Positions 13,301-25,300 of a stretch of 64,000 bases of DNA are shown piece after piece. Position 1 is the first letter of the stretch; every line of letters begins with the position of its first letter. Both the position numbers and the translations under genes were made by a program. The DNA comes from Botryllus schlosseri (taxonomy: Eukaryota): NCBI GenBank assembly GCA_051294905.1, contig CM119376.1:29636001-29700000 (forward strand), written 5' to 3'. Under the pieces are notes generated by a model. It did no database searches and was not told the origin of the DNA. It saw only the letters and a program-made list of their open reading frames with translations.

Positions 13301-16300
13301 ATGAAAATTTGACGACCAGCAAAGCCAATGGCATCAAACCCCGGTTCCATCTAATCAATGCACTTTCTTGATTCAAAGTATTTTATTCGTCCATGATTCA
13401 CGAGAGAGGCAAGAAAATTCGGCGTAACTCTGTCAAAGCAGTTGACCTATTATCATTGCAGTGTGGGCAACGAATATAATTGCAATAACTTCAGTTGCCA
13501 ATGCTATAATGGTTTCTTACGTTTTTCCATGTGTTGGTGCTAGATGTGCTGGCTTGTTATTATTTCGATTTGCTATGATATATTGCGCCATGCAATAAAT
13601 TCTTTTACAAAAATATGGTTGAATGTCGATTTTCAATTTAGCGGATCGGGGTATGTAGAGTCTGCGGTCACGAACGCACTTCGAAACTGATTGCTGCGAT
13701 GCGCGTGTTGTACAACAGCAATGTTAGTTTCAACACATGGCACTAACTCGTACAAAGGATGGACAAGCGATTACATATACCGACGTTGTGAAATGAATCA
13801 TTTGAACGTCCGCGATACTATATTATTACCCAAACAATAACACGCGGTAATATATTTGCTGTTGTGATTAGCGCAGATTCGCTGTTGCAGATTACGCATA
13901 TCGATTGCTGCTTTTTATACTAATACAGCATTACCAGCATGATGGTGTTCAACGAGCTACAAGATCTCCAACGCGCAATCGATATGACAGCAAAGTTATG
14001 TCCGTAAATGGCTTCACTTCTGGTGAAAATGTTTCAGATCTGGCCCATGGTAGAGAACAAAATCAAAATATGGCTGTATGTCCAATGTCCATTGTCAAAT
14101 TAGCGAATAAAATAGGTGTGTAGAGTCAGCGGTCGAGTTGTGCACTTCGAAACTGATTGCTGCGGTGCGCATGTCGTGAACACTGGGTTTTCAAAATGCC
14201 TATTGGTTCAATAGACAGCCCAAGTCTCAAAGCGATTGTCTACATCATGATTATCGATAGAAGGCTTGCATAATATGACCTAATCTTTTTCCAAATGCCC
14301 AGTAAAATATCAGTGAAATACTGTATTTTATATTGCAGGTATGACTACCTGTCAATCCAACCACTATATATTCAGTTCTAGTTGTTGTACAAGAGCAAGG
14401 TGTGTTTCGACAAAGCACTATCTAGTACTTAGTAACTCGTACAAAGCTAATATATACACCGGCGAGGTGAAATGAATCATTGAACGTCGTCGATACTAGA
14501 ATAACTCACGGCGCGTGTATGTGCGCCGAATGCGAGACGCCTGGCATCAATCGCGTTATATCCAACTGTAGCCATCGCTATATAAGCGGTCGTTACTCTC
14601 GATTGTATTATCGTAAGAACCTCACTCAGGTCATTTTAGAATCCTGATATCCTTGCGAAATCAGTCAGGCGATAATTCTATCCCGAGCAGGTCTTTGTAT
14701 GACGTAGTCGCAAATTCAAAAATCAAATTCTCTTTTATTTTCAAAAAGTTGAGAACACTTCTTGGTATAGGGGCATCACCTGTTTCCCTCTCGCTTTGAG
14801 AGTAGCTCAGTTGGTTAGGCGGCTGTTTCACGATTACAGCGATATATTGGGTGTCGGGTCGGTTCTAGTCCCGTGATTCAGATTTTATGAACATTTTACT
14901 AAATGCATTGAAATTTGGACTTGAGGCCGGCCGTTCCAGTTGGGTTAATATTTGATACTTGGCAAATAGCGCCAGAAACGGTTAAAACGGAGGAAAACTG
15001 CTATATTACTCAATCAGGGTTGAAAAAATTGGGTTGAACCGAAACTGAACGGTAAACATAATGACTTGGACTGGGACTCGAGTCACAATAGAATGACTCG
15101 GACCCTCTACTCACCGAATTGGACTCGGACTTGACTCGGTGGTGAATTGAAAACGACTCGACTTGACTCGAGTCAAAACTATACAAGTGAGATCGACTTG
15201 TGGCTCGGAACCTTGTGACTTGGTTACAACCCTGCATATGTGACACTTGGAGTTTTAATTCTAGTGATACAGCAGCGAGAGGTGCTTTTGCTGAGCACTG
15301 AAATGATACAATCCTTGCCACGAAGAGTTGATTTATCAAGGAGAATTATAGTATCGGCACTATTTTCCACTGTGAGAGCCCCGCTGTCCAGCATACGATA
15401 CATGCAGTAAAAAGCTTCGAGCGTTAGTGGAAACGACATATCCGTGAAATCGTGATTAACCCACAGCATGGGGCATGGCCGAAAAATACCAAAATATCAT
15501 TAATGTGAAGAAGAACCACTCTGGCATTGTCTTCTTTGTCGCCACATAAAAGGTACATATTTAAGCTTCCCATATCTTTCATACTATTACAACGTCAAGA
15601 TAAGTGATACTCAAATACTCAAAACCTAATACTTGCTTCAGAACCGAATCACTCAGGCACTCTATTTGCCCGCCCTACCGATTACTGAATTTTAGTGATA
15701 TGGCATTGATTTTTTATTTACTGTGACTTCTTTTGTACAGAATGCTCATGCATATGTGAACGCTGCATTTTCTGCAAGCATTGTCGACAGTGTGGTGCAG
15801 AATATATCCATCTCTTTCGGAGGTATCAGCAAAGACTTTCTGCGTGCAGAAAAAACTGAAAATTATCTCGTCGGAAAAACCGTTAATTCGCAACAAACAT
15901 TGACCGGTCAGTATCTGATTTGTGGATTTTCATGAACAGTGAGAAATAGGCCAGTGGTTCCTTGGCAACATGCGGACCAGTGAACATCGTTGTTCAAAAA
16001 TAACTTTTCTTTTGGCGAGGATCAGCCGAAAATATTTGGGTTTATTTCAATTCAACTGTCAAATTTTGTCAACTTCTGTTCAAAAAGAATTATGTTTTAA
16101 TTCTGCAGCGGCTTTGGAATGTCTGAATGACGAAATTCGTCCGGTATCGTACAGTGATGCGGATAGTTCGCCGGAATACAGGAAATCGCTCGCATTGGGA
16201 CTTTTCTATAAGGTAAGAGCGAACGAATATTTTCAGTCATGACTCTACTAGTCTCAATTTTTCGTCGACTTGACTTCAATCGAGTCATTTTCTTGAAAAT

Positions 16301-19300
16301 GAACAATGAATCAACTTGACTCGAGTCAATTTGTGTATTGACTCGACTTGACTGGAGTCAGAATTATACAAGTCAAAATGACTTGCGACTCGGAACGTTG
16401 TGACTCGGTTACAACCCTGTTGAATATATTATTTGATTATAAGGTCATTTAGCAAATGAATCGATTTTAAACAGCAATTATGTTCAATTTTTCAGTTCTT
16501 TCTCTACCTCTGCGAACTGCTGCCTGGGGATTTAGCTTCGGCAATCAATACGATTGACCGACCACTGACAAGCTCCAAACGGACTTTTGATTCGGACTCG
16601 AGCATGTTTCCAGTTACTGAACCAATACCGAAACTCTCTGCTATCAAACAGGTAAACACTCTTCTTTAAATTTCATTTTATTCCATTTTCAATTTTTCAA
16701 TTTTTGATAATAATTTTTAATTTTATTCCTAATGAATATTTCTTTTTCATTGGTTATGCGTTTAGATGACTTCCTATTCTATATATCAGTTTAGAAATTA
16801 ATTTTGATGTAAATTTGCGTCACTTTTTACCACTGAATTTGATACTGCAGCCAAGCGAAAGAACCCTGAACATATTTTAGGAAAATGCCACCTATTTGTA
16901 GTATCATTTATTAGTCAATTTGCTTTAGTCTTGAAGATACAATGCAATTCAAAAGTAGCCATACACTGCTATGTGACTCCTCAACCAAATCTACTTTATG
17001 AACTATTTACTCGAGTAACTTGTGGACAGGGTTGTATTTTTTATGGACTCGAGTCAATTTGTGTATTTACTCGACATGTACTCGCGTCATTGCGCATCAC
17101 TTTGACTAAGTCAGGTGGCTTGAGAAATTCTATATGACTTTTTTAAGGCAGGTATATCAGGACTGATAATGAAAAGTACCAGTAGGCCCAGAAACAGTCT
17201 TTTTTTTCTTCGGAAAAATATGTTTAGAGTGGGAAAAACTGAGTGTATTATGAATCTGAGGCCTTCGATTTCACCCAAGAGGTTTACAGAAGTGAATTGA
17301 ACCTGACTCGAACTCGATACTGAAGAGTAAACACTCTGACTTGGACTCGAACTCGAGTCTTAACACTATGACACGGACTCAGCCCGTTGCTTACTGACTT
17401 GGTCTCAAACTTGACTCGGCGGTGAATTGAAAATGACTCGACTTGACTTGAATCAAAACTATAAAAGTCAAATTGACTTGTGACTCGGAACCTTGAGACA
17501 TGGTTACAACCCTCCTTATGGGCCTTGATATTGTACTTCCACTTGAAGTAGTTTGACATATTTTAAAAATTGAATCTTCTAGCTGTAATTGAATAGAACT
17601 ACATAAGCGTTCCCTTTACTTCCCCTTGTGTAACGACGATAGCTTCATGTACAAATACTCAGGCGTCTGGAGAAGCGAAATTCCTTTCCGATTCTCCGTT
17701 GAGTTCCGACGAACTTTGTGCAACTTTTGTCATGGCTGAAATCGGGAATGCGGACATAGACTCGATCGATTTTACAGTGGCTGAAACCATGCCTGGCTTC
17801 CACTCTGTCATAACTGGTGCGTGATTTCAGCGTTGATTGTTTGAGTTTCGAATTTTTGAAGATCTATTTTTTTTGTCCAGCATCCGATCTACCTCCACAA
17901 ATCAGAAATACTTTTACACCACCTCCTGATAAGCCGCAGGTTATCATCGCGGATGGGCACGTGGACTTTGCGGGTCAGCCTGTCGCTATTGTGTTAGCTG
18001 GTGAGTATCGGGTATATATTCTTGTATAATACATCCACATTGAGGTTAATATTTGAAAATTTTGGATTTGATATAATAGTAATTACGGTGGGTAGTTCTA
18101 TATTTGAGAATTTCCACCGTAAATACTTTTTTTTTAAATTTCAATTTTAACCTCCAATAACATCTCGTCTACGGGTTGGAATTGCGTCAAATTTGTTTTG
18201 CATCGGTTTTGTGTACAACTCGACAATTTCATGTGGTTGACAGTAAAATTTAAAAAAGGCTTGTGCTGGTTGGAATCGAGCCAAATTTGAAAGGGTTACC
18301 GTAGGCCCATGTCCTTCTTTTTTGAAAATCCTTTTTTTGCCTATAATTGCCCAAAAGACCACGAGAAACGTTAAATTTCGGCCTGAAAGATAGACAACAT
18401 ATTACGCGGGAGTCAAATCTGAAAAATGACCTCTTTTTTTTAGTCAACATCACAGAAGTATCGTAAAAAGTTTTTTTCTAGTCAACCCAAGATTTTCAGT
18501 AAATATAACAAAATCAGCTATTTTCAATTTCGGTAAACTAACTTATTTTGATTCGATAAGTGTGCTCCTTTCGCGATTCCAAAATATCGTAACCCTAATT
18601 TTGGTAGCCAAGTGATTCTACTATGATCGCTTCTGGTAGCCTCTCCTATTTTCTCCATTTAGATACGGAGTTTCATGCCGAGGAAATTGCAAAATCCGTT
18701 ACTGTTACGTACAAAAACGTGGGAGAAGCCGTCTACAGCGTTGAGGAAGCTGTCGATAAAAACATGATCTATGAGGGCGGCGATCATTTTGAACAAGGAG
18801 ACGCGGACTCTGCTCTCAATAACGCCAAAGTGAAGGTGAACCATTGATATTTATATGTTTATCGTCAGAACTTGTCAGTGGTCTGTAGGATTGTTCAAAA
18901 ATAACTTTTTTTTTCCGAATTCCAGGGATTCACTGATTACGTTGTTAGGTTGCCTAAAATGCTGCACACAAAATTCGGCTCGATTTCCAATTGGTAGATG
19001 TCAGCACACAGGAGTTTGAAAATTTAGAATTTATTATAAAAAATATTTGAAAATATTTCAGATTTTAAGGTCAACCCCATGAAATTGGTAAGGTGTCTAA
19101 ACGAACGATGCTGAACAATTTTAGCTCAATTCCAACCGGTAAAAGCGAAACGATTGCCGTTGAAAATGTTTTGCATTCGCAAAAATAGCCTGGACAGTGG
19201 GTAATCCCAGAATTATGAAAGAAAAACTCAAATAACTCCGCTTCTACCGGTTGGAATTGCGTCAAATTTGTTATGCGTCGTTTTTATAGACAACCAGGCA

Positions 19301-22300
19301 ATTTCATAGGGTTGACAGTAAAACTTTTAAAGTTCTCAAAATTTTTTTCATAATAAATTCAAAATGTTCAAAATCCTGGACTTTCACATCAGTGAAACTC
19401 CGGAACCAGAGAAAAAAGTTATATTTGAACAACCCTAGTGTACATCCATTTGAAATCGCTGTATCGTCTCGCAATTTAGTAGAAATTTACGGAATTAGTT
19501 TCATTTCTACTTGAGTGCCAGCGCCAACTTTAACCGCCTCTGTTAAAACTCATTTGCGACCTCAATACTAATTCTTACATAGATATCTGGGAGAGTAAGA
19601 CTTGGACCTCAGTACCATTTCTACATGGAAACACAGATCGCGAAGGCCATACCCACCGAAGACGGCTTCCAATTGAAGAGCGCTACTCAGTGGCAGGATG
19701 GAGTACAGAGTTCGTGTGCCTATATATTAGGCTGGGATAGTAACAGGTTGTTAGTTGTAGAGCTTCTTGGAGGTACAGAACTTCAATATACAATTAAATA
19801 GTATATTCATATTGAAATGAACCCGAATATTTTCGGCTGACACTCGTCAGGGGTAATCGTCAGCAACTAGTAGAGAATTGGTTTTGTGATACGACTGTTG
19901 ATATACAATGTTCTTTCCAATTCTCTACTAGTTGCTGACGATTACCCCTGACGAGTGTCAGCCGAAAATATTCGGGTTCATTTCAATATGAATATACTAT
20001 TTAGTTGTTAGTTGTTGTAAATAATCGACTCTCTTACTAGGGTTGAGTACACTGTCAGCAGACACTCGTCAGGGGTAATCGTCAGCAACTAGTAGAGAAT
20101 TGGAAAGAACATTGTATATCAACAGTCGTATCACAAAACGACTGTTGATATACAATGTTCTTTCCAATTCTCTACTAGTTGCTGACGATTACCCCTGACG
20201 AGTGTCAGCCGAAAATATTCGGGTTCATTTCAATATGAATATACTATTTAGTTGTTAGTTGTTGTAAATAATCGACTCTCTTACTAGGGTTGAGTACACT
20301 GGGTTACTCAATTTTCCAAGCCCTATCTTTTACTTCGACTTTTCTTTTGTTTTCTCATATTACAAGTTATTCTTGATGAGTGTGTTATACTGACCCTACT
20401 TCTGTAGAATTGATGTCAGTACCGTTCGGATCGGTGGAGCTTATGGAGGAAAAGCAATATCAAGCTGGCTTACGGCCTCAATTGCATTGATTTCCAGTTA
20501 TATTTCTGGTGAGCAGCTTGAAATTACAATTGTACAACTAGAATATTTTCATCTTTTCCGAATGAAATTTAAAATTATACCTATACACTTTTTTTTCATT
20601 GGAATAGTGTTAGAATTAATGAATTCACAAAATCTTAGAAATTGAAGGGAATTCCGAATCAGGACGGAACACAACAAAAATCGAGTTTAGTTCCTATCAA
20701 TTTAGAGTTGTTCACGTAAGCATAAGAATAGCAAATGTCTGTACAGCAAGTTTGGCTGGTTTCGCACGATACAGCTCTCCTGTAGCATTTCCAGGAGAAC
20801 CAGAAATTAGATATAAATTAAAATGAAAGCATGGAGACATTTCACGAATTCGATTAGAATTAAATTAACGCCATTTCGCTGTAATCAGTGTAATTGAACA
20901 AAAAGAATTATCCGGTGTCCAAGTTTGCTGAAATCAATCATTTTCATCACTTCTAGCTGATGAAGATACTTTGAATTGAAAAAATACATTCATTTTCCTC
21001 AGTGGTCTTGGACATTTCACTTCATTATGTTAGGAATTGTGGCTTAGTTGGTTTTCTGATATCTATTGCTAAATAATGCATGGTAAATAGGTGGTCCGGG
21101 CGTGCATAACTTGAAGATTTCTTTCATGATAACAACCGTTGCAATAATTGTATGTAGTATACTTCAAAGCTTGTTGTTAGCAATGTTATAATATGAATTT
21201 CATGGTCATTTCAATCGGATTCATACTTAACCGTATTGGTAACACTTTTGAATCTGTTTCAATCAATTTTGTGCCCCAAGAACTATTGATATAATCCAAT
21301 AATATATTCATAATGAAATAAACCCGAATATTTTCGGCTTAAACCCTCCGGGGGGTAAGTGTCAGCAACTAGTAGAGAATTGGGAAGAACTTTGTGTATC
21401 ACAAGTTATATGTTTAAGCTCAAAACACCACAGTCCATGCTCTCGCACTCTGCTGCCAGATATCTTTCCACTTCATCGTCTAATATATTGTCTTTAGTTA
21501 GATCTGAAGCAATCATCCTTTTTTTTGTGCTGCCGTTCTGTTTGCGGCCAAAACTAAGAAGGTTGTTCGCAGATTACACGCTGCTATGCTAGCATGGCTA
21601 TTATTCGTCGCAATAACAACTGTGACTGTACGGTGTAAGTAATGCGATGGCGGCTTGACACTGGATTTCCCTGCCCGAGCGGGATATTCTTGTTAACTCG
21701 CTGCAATATGCCGTGGACAAAAAGGCATTTTCTGGGAAACAATATATTTTGATTTGAATTCAAATTAGAGTGCAGAAGCATTTCACAAATTATATTACTG
21801 GCAATTTGCTCAAATCTAGTCAAATTAGACAACTAGAATTATATTGCTGTCCAAGTCTGCCCGTGACGAGTTTCAGCTGAAAATATTCTGGTTTATTTTA
21901 AGATCAATATATTACTCGATTGTCTATTGAAGTTCTGTATCTCAAAGACGTTGCATTACTAGCAGCTTTCGTGTTTTGCAGGTCGACCGGTACGGTTCCA
22001 CTCCACATTGTCAAGATGCATGGAAACATTTGGAAAACGATCGCAGTATGTCGTGGACTACAACGTCGGTAATTCTGAAATAAAAACGATTATTTATGCG
22101 TATTTCCATGAGAAGACAAAGATTTCATTTTGTTTTAATCTTTTCAGGTGTCAACGAGGAAGGTGTGTTGCAAGCGATTGAAGCGACGTACTACACAAAC
22201 TCCGGGGCCAGTCCGAACGATTGGGAATTCAGTCAAGGTGTTTTGCCAATGTACTCAGATTGCGGTGAGTAGAAGAATCTCGCTATTGTGTTTATTGTTT

Positions 22301-25300
22301 GTAATCTTTATCTCCCTGTCAGGATATCACTGTCCAAACTGGAAGTTGACGGCCAAGAATGTCCGCACCAACATGGCAAGCACAACTTGGTGTCGAGCCC
22401 CACTGTGAGTATCCAGTAATTTGTTTTTATTGTTGGATACCATTGCTGAAATTTACAAATTATTTTGAAATGAAAAGCTCTAGCAGACTCATCACTGGGG
22501 CTGGGGCGAGTATTAATTCCTATGATTGAATCGAGTATTGATATATGATTCTCTTAAGTGCTGAAAAGATATCATGAGCTAATTTATCAACCGGAATTAT
22601 AGTTTTAATACTATTTTACACTATGGAAGGCTGTAAATCTCAATTGGTATTGTACAAAACATGTATTACAAAGCTACGGATGTTACTGGAAATGACATAT
22701 CTGTAAAGTCGTGATCAACCCACAGCATTGTCACAAAGTGCAATGAAATGGGTATGGTCAAGAAAATACAAAATTATCTTTATTGTGATGTAGAACTGGT
22801 GTTATATTCATTGAGGTCGCATAAAAGGCACATATTTGAACTTTTAAGGTAATGAGTGGTACTAAACACTCGAATCCTAATACTCTATACTGGATCAAAT
22901 CGCTCATGTACTCGATTGCGCCAAGCCGTACTCATCACTTGATCATGACGTTCTCAGTACAGCTCAGCTGTCGGTCTTCATGGAGATGGTGCTGGAGCAT
23001 GTCGCTTCCGCTGTAAAACAAGACCCTATCTCGATTAAACAGAGAAATCTGTACAAAGAAGGAGAAATCGACATTTCCGGGACTCGGCTGACTAATCTTA
23101 AACTACGAGAAATTTCACAAAGTAAGTCTAATTGAAGATTTTAGTGATTTAGGTTCTGTCTTTCACAGAAGTAGTCAGCAATGAGTACCTAATCGGTCCT
23201 GTTTGTAAATTACGTCCACGTCTACTTGACATTTTTTGGGTTAAACAACTTACTTTTTGAACTTTTTATTTTGTGCTAACTAGTTTTGGGATACGCTCGC
23301 ATCAACTTTGAATGTGATCGTAACTGAATAATGAAAATAACATTGAAAATTTGTCTACCTGCAGTGTCAGTAATGGTTTTTTGTTAGTCGCGATGATGCA
23401 CTTTAAAATTTTGTTCAACTCCGATCGACTGCTTGAATTATATGAAAAATCCACCTTTTTTTCTACTTGCACTTGAACGACCGGAGGTATGTCGCTGAAA
23501 TTGCTACTTCTTCTAATGAGTCGAATTTTAGGCAAGTCGCAAGGTTCCGAGTCAAAAGTCAATCTCCCTTTTAGGGTTTTGACTCGAGTCAAATCGAGTC
23601 CTTTTCAATTCTCGACCGAGTCAATTCCAAGTTAGGGAGCAAGGGTCGAGTCTGACTCATGGTGGACTAGTTCAAGTCAAGTTCAACTCATGTTTTATCG
23701 ACTATGTTTGGGTGATATCGAATGCCTCACATTCATTATATACGAATTTTCTTCACCCTTAACCCAACTAGAACGGCCGGCCTCGAGTCCAAATTTCAAT
23801 GCATTTAGAAAAATGTTCATAAAATCCGAACCACGAGACTTGAACCGACACCCAATGTATCGCTGTAATCGTGAAACAGCCGCCTAACCAACTGAGCTAC
23901 TCTCAAAGCGAGAGAGAAACATGTGATGCCCCTATACCAAGAAGTGTTCTCAACTTTTTGAAAATAAAAGAGAATTTGCTTCTTGAATTTGCGACTACGT
24001 CATACATAGACGTGCTCGGGATAGAATCATCGCCTGACTGATTTCACAGCAATATCAGGATTCCAAAATGACCCGAGTGAGGTTCTTACGATAATACAAT
24101 CGACTGTAACGACCTCTGATATACCGATGGCTACAGTTGGCTATAGCGCGATTGATGCCAGGCGTCTCGCATTCAGCGCACATACACGCGCGGCGTGTTA
24201 TTGTAGTATTGACGACGTTCATTCAATGATTCAATTCACAGTGCCGGACGCCGATGTATGTAATCGCTTCGTACGAGTTACTAAGTACTAGATAGTGTTT
24301 ATCGAAACACACCTTGCTCTTGTACAACAAGTAGAACTGAATATATATTGGTTGGATTGACAGGTAGTCATATCTGCAATATAAAATGCAGTGTTTCACT
24401 GCTATTTTACTGGGCATTTGAAGAAAGATTAGGTCATACGGGGCCTACGATAACTTATCGTAGGCCCCGGGTCATATTATGCAAGCCTTTCATCGACAAT
24501 GGTGATGTAGACAATCGCTTTGAGACAAGGGCTGTCTATTGAACCAATAGGCATCCTGATAACCCAGCTATCGCGACATGCGCATCGCAGCAATCAGTTT
24601 CGAAGTGCACAACTCGACCGCCGACTCTACATACCTATTTATTCGCTAATTTGACAATGGACATTGAACATTCAACCATATTTAGGTTTTGTTCTCTACC
24701 ATGGGCCAGATCTGAAACATTTTCACCAGAAGTGAAGCCATTTACGGACATAAATTTTCTGTTATATCGATTGCGCTTTGGAGATCTTGTAGCTCGCTGA
24801 ACTGAATACCATCATGTTGGAAATGCTGTATTAGTATGAAAAGCAGCAATCGATATGCGTAATCTGCAACAGCGAATCTTCGCTAATCACAACAGCAAAT
24901 ATATTACCGCGTGTTATTGTTTGGGTGATAACATAGTATCGCGGACGTTGAAATGATTCATTTCACAACGCCGGTATATGTAATCGCTTATCCATCCTTT
25001 GTACGAGTTCGTGCCATGTGTTGAAACTAACAATGCTGTTGTACAACACGCGCATCGCAGCAATCAGTTTCGAAGTGCGTTCGTGACCGCAGACTCTACA
25101 TACCTCGATCCGCTAAATTGAAAATCGACATTCAACCATATTTTTGTAAAGTAATTTATTGCGTGGCGCAATATATGCCATTGGCTTTGCTGGTCGTCAA
25201 ATTTTCATGAATGACCTGCGCGTTGTGGACGGAAATCTCGAGCAGACACGAAAATACCTTTCAATACCAGAATCGCGACCGGAGCTTTGATGTGCCGGTG

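Noticed and set aside
14796-14880. Functional tRNA gene
   Set aside because: The acceptor stem cannot pair, the anticodon loop is oversized, and it lies inside a transposon; kept only as a tRNA-derived promoter.
19759-20301. CRISPR-like array of repeats
   Set aside because: Eukaryotic intron; units alternate in orientation, there are no unique regular spacers and no cas genes.
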